In this document: in pieces, positions 21,373-40,392 of the stretch
Layout of the letters: each line of letters begins with the position of its first letter
How positions within the stretch are numbered: the first letter of the stretch is position 1
NCBI GenBank assembly: GCA_001643675.2
Contig: LSRY02000001.1
Coordinates: 248,001-312,000, forward strand
DNA: 64,000 nucleotides
Source of the DNA: Monocercomonoides exilis PA203
Lineage: Eukaryota; Protista; Preaxostyla
Reading direction: 5' to 3'
Position numbers and translations under genes: made by a program
Notes under the pieces: generated by a model
Databases searched by the model: none
What the model was told of the DNA's origin: nothing
The model's input: only the letters and a program-made list of their open reading frames with translations

Positions 21373-21610
21373 TATTCTTCCTTCTCATTATCCTCTTCAT
21401 GTGTTACTCACTCCTCTTTATTAACCAACATAAAAGATGATCGTATTCTCCAGGAAAAAATATTACATTTTCATCCCTTTTCTGAAACATTTGACTTTTC
21501 ATTTTTTGAATTTAATATCATTCATCCCACCTTCTTAAAGTCATTTCTCTTTGGTCATCTCTTCAATGTTAAAAAAATAATAATAAACTTCATATTGTTT
21601 TATCAAATGT

Positions 21611-22504
21611 TTAATGGATGATGTGTTTCAAAAACAAATTAGAAAAAGAAACGCAAAAATCCCAAAATCTGTGTTGAGTACTTGTTTTGTATGAAAACGA
21701 GGATAAATATGAAGAGATGTCTTTGTCTTGTATACCTGTGCAAGGCAGAAAACGGCGAAGACGACTCCAATAGGCTTCAATTGCGTTGGTGCAACAGTTT
21801 GTTTCTTTATCCCTAAAGCATTTTTTGTGATTGACAGTTAAATGTTTGAAACCTTCTTTTTTTATTTTGCTATATCCCTTCCATTCGTCGCTCCATACAG
21901 TAGTTCCAGCATGCAAATGCCTTCTTTACACTCCGGTCAGACATATTGATGATCGATCGTCCACTTTTTTTAAAAATGATTTAGGATTTTTGACATTTGA
22001 TTCAATTCCACCTACGATCCAAATTTGTTTTTTTGGTTTTCCTTTCCGATATTTTCTTCTTCTTAGTAACATTTCATCGACTTGAATAGTGTAATTATTT
22101 CCTCCAATTCTTCTGTTTTTTCCTTTAATCATTTCATGTGCTGCCTTGCGAAAAAGATTAAAAAGGATGCAAATAGTGTTGCAGCTGGCTCCAGTCAAAA
22201 AAGATGTGCGCATCACATCGACATAAATCCACCATAACAGCATGATTTTCATATAAGTGGAAATCAATAATTTCGAATTCGAAAAAATTGAATTGTGTCT
22301 GATTGAAAGGAATCGACATTTGCACTTGCATTTAACGATATTTTTCGCACAATAAATGATTCTTGGTGTCTTTTTGCATTTTGTGCACATATTTGCTGCA
22401 GGTAATAATCTGTGCAACAACAGCAATTCAATTGTTTTCCTTTCGTTTGAAAAGGATTTCATCAGCGTAGAAATATCCTTTTTCGAATCACGAAAAATAG
22501 GCAT
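21611..22504 (-). pseudogene. Merlin / IS1595 (ISXO2-like) DDE transposase with a single in-frame TAA
   Basis: N-terminal CxxC...CxC, IQVDEMLL.RRKYRKG...WIVGGIE, GTTVWSDEWKGY, HLTVNH and TNAIEAYWSRLR. The two track ORFs are in the same frame, separated by TAA at 21926-21928. Confidence 0.92.
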
Positions 22505-22554
22505 ATAACTAAAATCAAATGGTTTTTGACAAAATCCTCACAAATAACGAAAAA

Positions 22555-22739
22555 ACGAAATTTTCAAACCTGTATAAAACAAGAAAATGTTATGGGATTG
22601 ATCAAAAGAAAAATGGAAAATTGTTAAAAACACTTTTTCGACAAAAATAACTTATTTTAAATAAATTAGTATTCCATTTTGTTTCATTAAAAATATATAA
22701 AAATTATTTTATCGATGGTCCATATACTTGGAACTTGCC
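22555..22739 (-). mobile_element. 5' end/TIR of the Merlin-type element
   Basis: Reads GGCAAGTTCCAAGTATATGGACC on the minus strand (GG terminus, as in Merlin/IS1016). A second copy is at 10696-10880. Confidence 0.75.
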
Positions 22740-23553
22740 GATTAAACATTTATGAATCGAAATAAATAATTTGTATCAATTCAAAAATTAAAAAAAAAAC
22801 AAAAAATTATCACAACTGAATAAATCTGTCAATGCACTTTCGGAATTCTTGATTTATTATTAATTGCTTTATGGAATATATTTAAATATCAATATCTTTT
22901 CATAAAGAATTGTGCTCATTTTCACTATGTGAGGTGAATTCATTTGAAAATTATCTGATTTTCATGAAAATGATTTTTTTCCGAAAAATCAAAAAATTTC
23001 ATATTTATTCACAAATAATAAAACTCGGGGTTCAATTTTTCATCCCTTTAAAGAATAATGAAAAAACAAAACATTTTAATCACTTTCTGACTCTCAGCCA
23101 GTGATTTTATTGTATCAAAATTTATTAATAAAAAATACTGAATATTATTAATTTTGAATAAGTAGTTTTTTATTTTGAATTATTAGTTTCACAACTTTGT
23201 ATAATTAGTTTTCCAAATTTGAATAATCAGTTGACCAATTTCTAACTATAAATTTACGAAATTTGAATAATAAATGTCAAATTTGGGGGAAAATACGGAC
23301 TTTCAAGCTTTTTATGCACAAAGCATGAAAAAATTGTTTTTCTAATAACATTACCAAACTTTCTCAGATTTCAAAAAAAATTTGATTTTCATATCCGTAA
23401 ACAGGTGTTGTTGAAATTAAAACAAAAAATTTTCCAACATTTCACGAATGTCAAAAAATGGACCCATTTTTATTTTGTTTTTTGATCTCAAAAAGTCATT
23501 GAAAAGTGCATATTTTTTCAATGAAAATGCCTGAAGTCAAATATTTTGTCCCA

Positions 23554-23782
23554 TTTTTTTTTGAAATATTCCTTTTGTTTAATTTTCAAATAAAATAAAA
23601 ATTTCGTTTTTCAATCAAATTTCTGTTCTCTCTCGTGAAACTTCACGAAAATAAAAATAATACCAATTTCAAGATTTTATTTTCTTGACAGGAAAATTTG
23701 GTGAGTGGGAACAGAAATTTGATTGAAAAACGAAATTTTTATTTTATTTGAAAATTAAACAAAAGGAACTTTTCAAAAAAAT
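23554..23782. repeat. Palindromic (foldback/MITE-like) repeat, copy 1
   Basis: 23569-23628 and 23709-23768 form a perfect 60-bp inverted repeat. A related copy is at 56761-56988. Confidence 0.9.
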
Positions 23783-24200
23783 TTAGACAAATGGTGTTTT
23801 AAAAAATAGAAAAAAAAATTTAATAAAAAAATTAAAAAAATTAAATAAAATAAAATAAAATAAATAAAAAAAATAATAAAAAACTCGATACGGACTTTAT
23901 CATTTGATCAACAATCATCAAATTTTCTAACATTATCGTAAAGTCCGAATTCCAATAATTATGAATTACAATTTTTTTTTAATTTTTTTTTCAAAATTGA
24001 CAAAAATAAGATAATCGTTTTGTCGGTTGTCTTGTCGAAAGGCTCTTGAAGTGTCGATCTTTCTTTGAAGCTTATATGGAACAATTGGAAGTCATATCAA
24101 CTGTAAACATAAAGGAAAAAATGAAAAACAATAAAGATTAAAGATGAAAATTATTATTCATAAATAGATCCAATATATAATAATTAGTTTGCAATCAGAA

Positions 24201-26330
24201 ATGAGCTGGAGAAAATCATTCGATATTAATGAAGAAGATTGTCAAGATATTCCAATGGAGAAAATCGATTCAATGTTTAATGATCAACAAGATTTCTTAC
24301 AAAATTTGTACAATCTAATGGTTAACGATTTTCATCAAAGATTATCAAGAAATGGAGTTTATTCAAAAAACAAATTGTTTGCGGTTTCAAATAACCTGGC
24401 TAATAAAATAGGTATAAAATACGCTATATTTAATTTGGAATTTAGCATCTCTTTTATTATTATTATTCAAAGCAATTAAATTTCAAAGTCAAATAAATGA
24501 TAATAAAGAAACTGAGGATAATCCTTCAGAAGCAGAAATCGCTGCACTTATTCAAGATGGATTTAATAGCGTTCACTTAGTTTGCTAATTTGCTCAAAAT
24601 TATTTGGATTTTGATATTTGCAACGGTTCAATTTTTTTTATTATTTAAAGAAATTTGACGAATGCATTCCAATGTTATTTAACAGATTAACAGAACTTGA
24701 AAGGTCAGTGAGTAATTTTGCGACAATTGCTCCTGGATCAATAGATTTGAAAACAGAACGATTATTTCCTTCAGAAGCTTCATCTTATCAAATGGATAAG
24801 GCACCAAGTGCACTTTCCTCTTCTTGCAAAGGGAACATATTTGTATGCCCTCTTTGCAAAAATACTTTCCCGACGAATGAGGATGCGGTTAACCATATCC
24901 AAACTTCAAAAATTCACGAACAAATTGTTGAGGATTGCAAAAAACATGGACTGGAAATAACTCCTGAAATTTTATCGGCAGATTCAAATAATGAGCTAAT
25001 GACAGAGGTAGCACAATTTAATAAGGATCAGAAAAGCAAAAGAGTATTGGAAAGTCCCTCCGGAAATGAAATTAAAAGTACAATTGAAGTTAAAGATTCT
25101 ACAACTTCAGCCGGATGCATAAAACTAGCTTTTACACAAGAAATGCGAATTCCTTCTGGTTCCAACGAACGTTCAGTTTTATCTCAGAGCAATACTTCAG
25201 AAGAAGCTTCTATTGAACAGATGCAAACAAAACTACCTCCGCTTCCTCCGTGTGCATCGACTTGTGGTGAAAATTCACCGTCTGTATTGCCCTCTTGTAA
25301 TCCAAGCTTTGTAAATCCATGCTGTCTACCAAACCAGAAAGCTCCAGAAGAAAATCTCAAGACCGACTCAGCTCCATGCACACAGAGCTCAGCAGCATCT
25401 TCTGCGTGCCAGACCTTCAATTCTTCATCGCCAATGTCCCTCTCAGCTCCTCCTGCGGACAAAGTGGTTAAATCACCCTCAGCAAGTGCCACAGACAGCG
25501 CTCTTTCCACCCCGACGCCTGCGAAACCTTTCATCAGATTCACCCCGCTTAAGATGACTGAGCAACAAGCCCAGCAGCAGCTTCCTCCTGCTGCCCTGCC
25601 AAACCCAAAGACCCACCTCGCTGCTGAATCTTCTGGCTCACCAGGAGCTGCGAATATACCACAAATTCCGAAAATTCCAAAAATTCCAAAAATTCCACAA
25701 ATCCCACAGGTTCCACAAATTCCACTGATTCCCCAGATACCAACCATCCCTGTCATTCCAGTGATGCCGCCTCTCCGCACGTTTACGATGATCCCTCCGA
25801 TTAGCACTCCGCCTGCTCCTTCGCCCCGTGAGAAGGAGGACCTGCCTCGGCAACCGCCTCAGCTTCAGCCGATGCTGCCGAAATCTCCGCCAGCAGCAGA
25901 CTCACGGCACGCGCCTCTCAGTCCTTTCAAGCCACAGCCGTTTCAGATTTATCCTCAAATACAGCCGTTGGCTAACCCATCTGGTGCATCCAAACCTGCC
26001 AATGCAAAACCTGCTGCTGCTTCTCCTCTGCCTGCGCCTCCCAGTGCGCCTTCAAGTGCACCGCCAGCGCCTTCTTTGCATTCATATCCTGCCTCTTCTC
26101 CGCACCTGGTGAAGACGCCGCCAGCTCCTGTTTCCCCTTCTCTTAAGGATGATAAGGAAAAACCTGCCCCTGCCCCTGCCCCTGCACATTTGCCGGATGC
26201 TAAGCAGGCTCCGCCGATTGCTCAGAAGCAGGAAGAAGACGTGATGATCCCGTGTGAGCTGTGCAAGGAAATGGTGCCATTCAGTCAATACAACAATCAT
26301 GTTCTAAGTCATCACGGGGGCCGTCATTAA
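24201..26330 (+). CDS. Spliced Pro-rich protein with a C2H2-type finger and a C-terminal UBZ-like Zn finger
   Basis: Likely exons ~24201-24411, ~24473-24570 and 24651-26330. Motifs CPLCKNTFPTNEDAVNHI, (IPQ/IPK)n and C-terminal IPCELCKEMVPFSQYNNHVLSHH. The start is uncertain. Confidence 0.7.
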
Positions 26331-27014
26331 TTCCTTTTAATTAATCAAATCAGATTATTTGATTGAAAAAACCGATTTTTTTTATTTTTAATATTTGCGT
26401 TCTTATACTTGTGTTTTTCAATTTTGATTTCTCTTCTTCCGTTCGATTGAAATAAATGCCAATCAGAAAGAAGGCGGTGCTGGTTTTCGTTATTCGGGGG
26501 AGAACGTCCAAATGTTATTTCTCTCTCTCTTTTTTTTTTCATGTTTTTTTTAAATTTTATTAATATTAATTTTATTTGGTGATCAGTTTTCATTCCTATT
26601 TTCTTTTGTATTATTACAACTCTTAAAGTTTATTTTGTGATTGCGGACAATTTTTTGGCTGAAAAATATAAGATACATTAAAAAGCAAAAATGCGCTTCA
26701 TTATTTTTTTTTATAAATTTTGAGACAAAGCAAAACAGAAAAAAAGTGTCTCCACTCAAAATAAAGGAAACAATTGTGTTGAAAGAAAGAATTTCTTGAA
26801 GACCCAGCCACTTTATTGAAGACATGAATTCAATTCCAATGGAGTTAGAAAACTCTTCCACATTTTTCACAATGTTGGTTTTTTTATTCGAATGTGCCAG
26901 AAAAATTGACTTTCCTCAAAAAAAAACCTTGATTATTGATAACACTTTTAAAAGGATGTGATCTAAGCCTTTCAAACACCTCAAGCTAATTGCCAACAAC
27001 TTTATCCTCTTGCT

Positions 27015-32276
<5,262 letters not shown>

Positions 32277-32785
32277 AAGTGAATACGCTGGGAAAGGACT
32301 TAGATCAGTCTGATTTATCCCATAGTAATTTCTTGATCAAACATTAAAAATAAATATCGTTTTTTTTTTCTTTGGATTGATAAAATTATATTCGAATATT
32401 TATCGGTTAGTAAAAGTGAACAATTGAAAATCTTTGAGATTTCTTCTATATTTAATTATATCGTTTTCAAAGTTTGATGAACAAAAAAAAAATAGAGAGA
32501 CTATTTCATTTTCAAAATTTTTTGAGCTTTCTTTGACTGAAAATTTGAAATAAAAAAATTATAGAAAAAAAAATAGATGTTCAATCGGTTTCACCAATAG
32601 GACGTTATGAAAATATTTATTTCAAACAAAAAAGTCCAGTTTAATAAATAGTTGATATGGAAATTATAAAACGCAAATAGATTTCAATAGCATATTTTTA
32701 ATCAAGCTTTTGGTGTTCATTTTCAATAAATATTGATCTCGACCATCACAAACTATTTATTTTTTAATTTTTAAATTTTCTTTAA

Positions 32786-35700
32786 ATGGACGAGAAAGAG
32801 AAGCATGAAGTCGATGTTTTAAAAGGCTCATATATAGCTCCTTATAAAACCAAGTTTGAAAAAGAGGAAATTGTGATTTTATCTCCTGGGACTGATATTT
32901 GGGAATATATACTTCCTGCTCCTGAGCAACCAGCATCATCGATTAGAACTCTTCGTGAATACAATACAAAATTATCAGAAAAATTTTTAAGACAGTTTGT
33001 TAAAGTGCTTTATATTTGATTTATCAAAAAAAATTTTAACAATTTTTTTGTTCTCATTCAAAAAAGAATAACTTCATTTGCAACTGAATCATATGCTCAA
33101 CTTCTTCAACCTTTTGTTGCATTTTGCTCAAACCCCATTATATTTACGGATAAAGAAGAATCAGACCAAGATTATCACTACTTGTCAAATAATATTCTTT
33201 TTTGCCCTCCTCTTTCTTCTGTGTGGATGCCATCAAACGGAGTTTTCAATCCATTAAATGGTTTATTGATTTCGTCTTCTTCACATCCGATTCGCCTTCC
33301 TCTTCAGGTGGACTCTGATTATCAATTTTCAATGATAAATTTTTATTCAAAGCCTCAGTTTAGCGGAGCAATGATAAATGCTGGAACACCTGTTTGGAGC
33401 ATTGACTTTACATATGTTAATGATTGCAATGAGTCAACATTTCACTTTTTGGCCATCGGCACTCGACAATGTAATGTTCATTTTTTGTTCAGTGAATGGA
33501 TCAAAGATGATTTACGCCAAGATAGAAATGGGATTTGTTATCAACCACCAGCTTCGATGGGAATTCCCATATGCTGTTCTCAGCATGCAGAAGCAGATCC
33601 AACAGGATATCTTTCAGGAGCAATACAAATCTGGAATTGCGGACAACTTTCCAAAGGATCAAAATACGGAAGAATGAAATTTAATGATAAAAAGAAACTC
33701 AAATTTTTCAACAGAGATAAAACAAAGGAAGGTTCAATCAACAAAGAAGAAGAAGAAGAAGAAGAAGAGATTCCTCAAGCTTTTAAAGAAGAATACAGCT
33801 CTCAACGCTTAGGCGATACGACGCTGTTCCCTCCACCCACACGTGACCAATCGACTCCGCCATCTGTGGATGATCTTCCTTTTCTGTCTCTTCTCGTTGC
33901 ACATGGATGCGGTTGTGTATACACTCTGAAATGGAACCCGCATGTCAGAGCAGATGATCCAGATAAAGCAATTGACGAATTATTTGCATCGCAAAACAAG
34001 CAAACAGATTCTTCTTCTCCTCCTACGGATTTTTCTTCGTCTTCGTCTTTGCCAAATATATCAAATACATTTGCTCCGGAAGCCACTTCTCATCTCACCG
34101 ATTCTTCTGGTTCTGTTGCTATTCCTCGTCTTGGCGTCATGGCTGTCAGTTGTGTCGGTGCATGCTTTGTCTGTTCTGTTCCTCATCCATCGTTTGTATC
34201 AGAGTGTCAGCAATTCACTTCACAAAAAAGAATTAATTCAGCTCCAATTGATTCCGCATCATCTTCAATGCATCAGGACACTCGGCCTGCTGATCGCAAT
34301 CAATCTGAATTATTCTCATTTCCTGCTGACATAAAGCCGAATTCTGTTGATTCAACTTCGCCTCAGCACAATTTGAATGAATCTTATCCACCTCAAACAG
34401 CACATCCAGCAGCCCCTTCTGCCTCTCCGTTCCCACCATGCGTCCCACTTTCTGCGCTTCCCCACTCCTTTTTGGTTCTCCCGTACGAGGTGTCTGTCTG
34501 GTGCCTCGACTGGTCATTTCACAATCCTTCTCTTCTCGCTTGCGGTTGCAGTGATGGCGCCGTTCGCCTCTACAACATAACGGAATTCACCTCATACCAC
34601 TTCGAATCCACTTCATCCTCTCCTTTTAGCTTTTCACAGTCACCGTCGCTTCTGTTCTCTGAAGAAACATTTTACCCCACATTCATCCCAGCTTACATGT
34701 CCATTCCGATGTCGCATTTCCCAATTCGAGCTGTTTCTTTCTCTCCTTTTTCACCTTCACAACTTGTTGCTGGCGGGCACGATTCACGTCTTCATTTTCT
34801 TGATCTTAATGCACCTTATTTTGGAGCTAGTCGTTGCAAGAGCATTTCGATTCCAGATAAAGACGACGATGGAGATGAAGATGATGAAAAAGCAACAAAT
34901 GACGGAAAGCCCGAATCAGGAAAAGCCAATGAAACAAAGCAGAAATCCAACAAGAAAAGCAAGAAAACTTCAGCTGAAAAGGGAGAGAAAGAAGAATCAG
35001 TGTCTTCAAGCAATACACTTTTGCAGCAATATGGGAAGCTTGGAAAAGGGATGGAGACGCAGAGCAGCAATTGGGTGATGGGGATCGATTGGGTGAGCCC
35101 GACGCGGATTATAATGGGGATGGACGACAACACAGTTCGCATTGTCGATGTGGTTGAACGACTGATAACGAATCAGAATGCAACTGGAACACTTTTCGAT
35201 TCGCAGAAGGAGAGCAAAGAAGGAGAAAAAAGCGAGATGAATGCGATTACAGCTGAGGATGAAAAGAATGTTCCTGATGAGAAAGAAATAAATGAAGGAG
35301 ACGAAGAAGATGAAGAAGTTATTGAAATAAAAGAAAGTGGAAGTGCAAAACAAAAAAGAGATGAAACAAATGAAAATGACAGCAAAAGCGAGGAAAACGA
35401 AAGTCAACCGAAGAAGAAAACAACATCAAGCGAAAAGAAAAAACCAAGTGTCCCAGTGAAAAGTGGGAAAAATATTGATCACACGCTCCAAGTGTCTGTA
35501 TTTGATATCTTTTCCTCTCCTGTTATGAGTGTGGCACATTCGTTGTACTCGGGTCTGTCAGTTGTGTCTTGCAGCGACGGAAGATGCGTGGTTGTTGGTT
35601 CGATGGGATTGAGAGAGAAAAAATCAAGGGTGCTGTCTATCTTAGAGATACTTGCCATCACTCAGTCAACAGAAGAAGATATACAGCGATGGATTAAAAG

Positions 35701-36490
35701 CATCGGGACAGAAGAGAAGCAAGAGCAAAAAAGGAAAGAGCAGATAATGAAGATGTCGTCTTCGGGTGTTACTAATGCTGCTGACTCAAACAAAAATGCT
35801 CCACAATTGGATTCTGCTGAAAGTGGCTTTGCTTTGTTTTCGGTTAGCGGCAAGCACAAAACTCCTCCAATTGTTGTTCCCTCGATGAAGTCCGTGTGGA
35901 ACTCTTTTGCATCTTTGGTCATTTCAACTTGTGTCGGCGATCACCCTTCGGCTGGAGAAGCAGCACCATCTCCTGTGAATGATAACCGTTCTGGAGAGGA
36001 GTTAACACCACTTGAGAGGCTTGTTAATTCATTTTCGAGGCATTTGCACCAAAACGTTATCTCGGCGAACTCACTTTCTCAATATTTGAGTGTGATTAGC
36101 TTCCCGTTTGTTTCGCATTCGCTTCACTCAACTCTGAATCGCACGCTTCGGCTCACTCCGGTTACAAACGATCCACTTCAGGCTTCCATTTTAACTAAAT
36201 TATCGATGACACCACAGAAAGCGGAAAAAGAGAAAAAGAAGAAAGAGGAAGACGGTTCTTCCGTTCAGACACAGATCTCGCCAGTTCTTTCTCTCAAATA
36301 TCCTTCACTTAACCTCAAGGACATTCACACAATTGTTGCTAAAAACAGAACTATCTTTTCTCTGCCGCCACGAGGACACAATGCTAATTGTGTTTGCTGG
36401 AATAAATCTGGCACAAAAAGCGGAAATTGGGTGGCTGTTGGTTTTCAGTCCGGAATAATTCGTCTTTCACGAATAACAGTGGATTCTTGA
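32786..36490 (+). CDS. GTF3C2: WD40 protein, TFIIIC subunit 2 (GTF3C2/Tfc6)-like
   Basis: Motif order NAGTPVWSIDF, FLAIGT, GAIQIW, HGCGCVYTLKWNP, PRLGVMAV, VWCLDWS, IRAVSFSP, GGHD and C-terminal WN...WVAVGFQSGIIRL matches GTF3C2-type proteins. Exons ~32786-33004 and ~33067-36490. Confidence 0.72.
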
Positions 36491-36842
36491 AATGGAACTT
36501 TGGAAAAAACTATTTGGTTGTTTATAATAATTGTTTTTTATTTGCATTTTCAGGATAATCATTTTTATTTTATGCATGAAAACTTTAACAGCTCGAGTAA
36601 AATGCACTTAATTTACAAAACATTGCATTTTCAATAATTTCAAAAAACCTTGAATTTAAATGGACGTGTTAATAGTGTCAAATAATTAACATGTTTTCAG
36701 CATGCATCTCAATTACTCATTTATTTCTGTGGTGTGAATGAAATTTGTTTTTCAAAATTCGTATTTCAAACTATACATTAAACAAAGAAAGAAAGAAAGA
36801 AAGAAAGAAAGAAAATTGTGATATAAAATTCAATGAATTTCC

Positions 36843-38232
36843 TCAAATGCTCATAAAAAAATCTGAGAAACAATCCCAACTCTCATCAATTTCACAATGC
36901 ACGCACGAGATTGTATTAATCAAACGGTTCAAACTGACCAAGCTATCTTCACATCCTTCTTCTTCCATCTTTTTAAACACTTTTCTTTTCGATTCTTTTC
37001 TTTTCGCTTCTTCCATTTCATCTTTGCTTGTTTCTTTCTTTTCTTCTTCCTTCTCTTCTTCCTTTTCTTCTTCTTCTTTGCATTTATCTTCTTTTTTCTT
37101 CAGCCTCGTTGAAATAGACCGGAAAAATATCACGCATGAATTCAACACATATTCATGCAATGTTCGTTGCTGAATCGCCTCCAGAACAATATTGACAATA
37201 CCGTAATTCAACAACTCATCAATTCTCACGCATTCGCTTCCTGATATTTGTACAAATATATAAATGCACCACTCGTTTATTTCTTTGTAATTATCCCTTG
37301 ATGCTCGATAAATCTGAATGATGCTTTCAATAAGCCATTAATTTCTTCAATCCTCAATCTACAACAGTAAAAATAAATATCAAGTGTTTTGAGCCATTCT
37401 AATAAAATAATCTCTTCTTTTCCTTTTTTTCCTCTTTCTTTTTCCTCTTCTGTTCTCCTCCAATCAACACTCTTTGAAAGCTCTTCTATTTCTCTTTTCG
37501 CCTCTTTGCAAAAACACAGCTCATTCACAACAACTTCTTCCAAGCTTTCATCATCAAAATAAGGCCTGCTCATCAAAAACTCCCAAGTTGATTGATAGGC
37601 AAGTTGAGTGAGGTTGTGATGTTCCTGATGATATCTAATAATCTCTATGATTTCATTCAAATATAGTTCTTCTATCCCTTTCTGAAAACATTTTTTTATA
37701 TGTTAATAATGACATCAAAAAGAAAAACATAAACGCATATACACGATAATTAGCATGTCGCAAAGCCAATAAAGCTATTTCCACTTCTTTTTGTGTTTCC
37801 TCGTTTTCCTCTTTTTTCAACACGACTTTCAGAAGGTAAGGAAAACAGATTGAAAACAATTCAGGCGAGATTATGTAACGTAGTGTAACACAGCATTCAC
37901 AAAGACCAATCAGAAGCTTTTCGTTCTTTTCTCCTTTTTTCTTCACTTCGTTTGCAATCATCTGTTCGAATTTTCTGCTCAGAGAAGTATCAAAAAAGCT
38001 TCGAGTGAAAATTCTTCTCAGAACATTGCAATATCCCATATGTCTCAGCAACATAACGGAATTTTCCAAAGTCAATTTCTTTTCTTCGATCATATTATAA
38101 ATATTGTTGAATATTTCAGCATTTAAAACAGAAAACAACTCAAATTTTTTCATTTCATCAATTAGTTCATTCATTTCTCCGATTTTCTGTTTCTGCTCAT
38201 CGTCAGTGAATTGTTCCAACTGTGAAAATTTC
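36843..38232 (-). pseudogene. Expanded lineage-specific family gene (copy 2; spliced, probably one frameshift near 37280-37320)
   Basis: EQFTDDEQKQKIGEMNELIDEM...HMGYCNVLR...EETQKEVEIALLAL...YHQEHHNLTQLAYQSTWEFL...KMEEEGCED. Confidence 0.75.
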
Positions 38233-40392
38233 TCTAAAAAATTGAAAAATCAAAAGAGATAAAAGAAGCATTTATTTTTTAAACCATTCATTTCTAATAA
38301 GATTTGCCAAAGCCAAGAATCGTTTGTATTTTTAAAGGTGACTGCGAAATCGCAAAATTATTTCAAAACAACAAATAAATTCGTTTTCGAAATATTCGTT
38401 GAATATTCGAATTAAAAGAATTAAAAACACAAAATCAAAATTTTTTAAATAATACAGGATTCGAAACCACTTTTGCCCTCAATGACTTATGCATAAAAGA
38501 AAGCAAATCCATGAATAAATTTATCTTTTTTTGTGCAAATAAATAAGGGTGGCATCCCTATAATATAAAAAGTGATGATTTTTGATTGATGATTTGCGCC
38601 AGAGCATGTTTGAGCTTCTTAGACCTTCGGACACAAATGCATCTATGCGAGCTATAGTGCTGCAGAAGGGAATGAATTTTGCCTGCAGATAAATGAGCGA
38701 GTAGCTGTTTTCCAATATTGCTTGCGAAAAGTGAATTGGTGGGGGGAAGTTGCATGAAATTTGAACTTGGTTATATATCGCAAATCATATGATGCAACAT
38801 CGGCTATGATATTTTGTGAAAAATAACTCAAGCAAGATGCAGAAAAAGATACGACAATTTCAGAAAGATCGAATTGCACCGCTTGTTCATTTCGAGGGAT
38901 ATACAGTGCACTTGGCATATTTTTTGCGCAGGACATGTTTTGCGTGATTTTTTATTGGGAGGTTGGTTTTGTGGAAAAGGAAAGGGAATCGGGAGTTGGA
39001 CAACTGAGGAAGCGAGTTGAACGAAGCACTCAGCAGGCCTTTTCAACAATCTCATTTGCATTTTGCGCGAATCCTACTGGCATGCTGTCAGCAAAGACAT
39101 GTCGTTGAATTAGTCTTTGAAAAGGAGTTAATTTCTTGTTAATTTGGAAAATGTGTGTTTTCATTTGGAATCATGGCCATCTTCACAAGGGATTTTCTGC
39201 GTTCGATGATGTCCTTTACCTGCCATTTATTGTCCAATTATCTGAATTTTTTGGGGAAGAGATGCAATTTTGGAGAACAAGAAAGCCATCTGGGCTGATA
39301 AATAATAATTCATTGGAGATGGGAAAATATTACGAGGCCAAAAAGATGGTTTGATTTTTTTTATTTCATTCATTTTTCTCTAAAGGTGTTCTTTGAATAA
39401 ATACAGATTGACCATGAACGGGAATGCCATTGAATGAAGCCTTCTTTGCATTTCGCAAAAGAACCAGAAGTTTTGAGATTATTCTTGTTTGGATTTCATT
39501 CAACAATAACCGTCGTTACTTCTTCCTCATTTAACATGCTGCATAACTCAACAATGCTTGACATGAGCTTGAAAGAGAGAAAAAGCAGTTTGTTTGTCAT
39601 ATTTATTCGGAATGTTTGGCAGTAGCGACTCTTTTGTCGGAGCTGATGGGCTGGCTGTGCATTCTCATTCAGAAAGCATCTGACTTCTTATGTTATTCAA
39701 CACTCATCTTCTTCTATTGACTCTTCGCAGTCATTGCCTTCATTGCAAATGTAGTTAATCTCCTTCTCCTTCTCCTTCTCCTTCTCCTTCTCTATTCATA
39801 TCGTCTCCACAAAAAGATAGCTCTCATATCAAAATTCAATCAAGCAATCGCATTTCGTTGTCAATTTTCTTCATCTCTGCATCAAATGAAAATTTTTTTA
39901 AATGCATTCTAGCAATATTCAACAGAATTATAATTTGAAATCATCTTTTTCTTCTCATTCGCATCTGTCTCATGCATTTTCATCTCATTTTTTGTATTTT
40001 ATTTTTATTATTATAAAATTTTAAAAATGTGAGGAAATTTTCTTTCATTTATGAAAAAAACAACGATTTGTTCAAAACTTTTTCTGTTTTCAGATCATTA
40101 TAAGTCAAACTTTCTCATGTTAAAAAGTTTTGGAAAAAAAATCGAGAAATCTGTTAGAAATTCTGTGTGGAACAAAATTCATTAAGCAAAAAATTACGTA
40201 TCAAATTTTCCTTTTGACGATATAATCATCACGGAAAAATGTCTGTATGGATAATGAAGAAATTCAAACTATGTAGAACATAAATTTTGCATATTTTCTC
40301 ATTATTTGTGAAGAAAATTATCGACTATTTGATGACAAAAAAAATTATGAATCATGATGATCCAATATTATTTTTATTTTTCTTAATGTTTA

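Noticed and set aside
20685-21621. Ser/Pro/Leu-rich ORFs
   Set aside because: They arise from TCT-rich low-complexity repeats; the acidic minus-strand reading has multiple stops.
21926-21928. In-frame TAA as evidence for a TAA=Gln code, as in some oxymonads
   Set aside because: Host genes here end in TAA/TAG and have long stop-free ORFs in the standard code. The position aligns with a hydrophobic residue, so TTA->TAA is simpler.
10688-22752. Target-site duplication defining a 12-kb composite Merlin element
   Set aside because: The flanking 8-9 bp do not match, so single-event insertion is unsupported.
23886-23948. Short inverted repeat CGGACTTTA...TAAAGTCCG
   Set aside because: Only 9 bp in AT-rich DNA, not enough to call an element.
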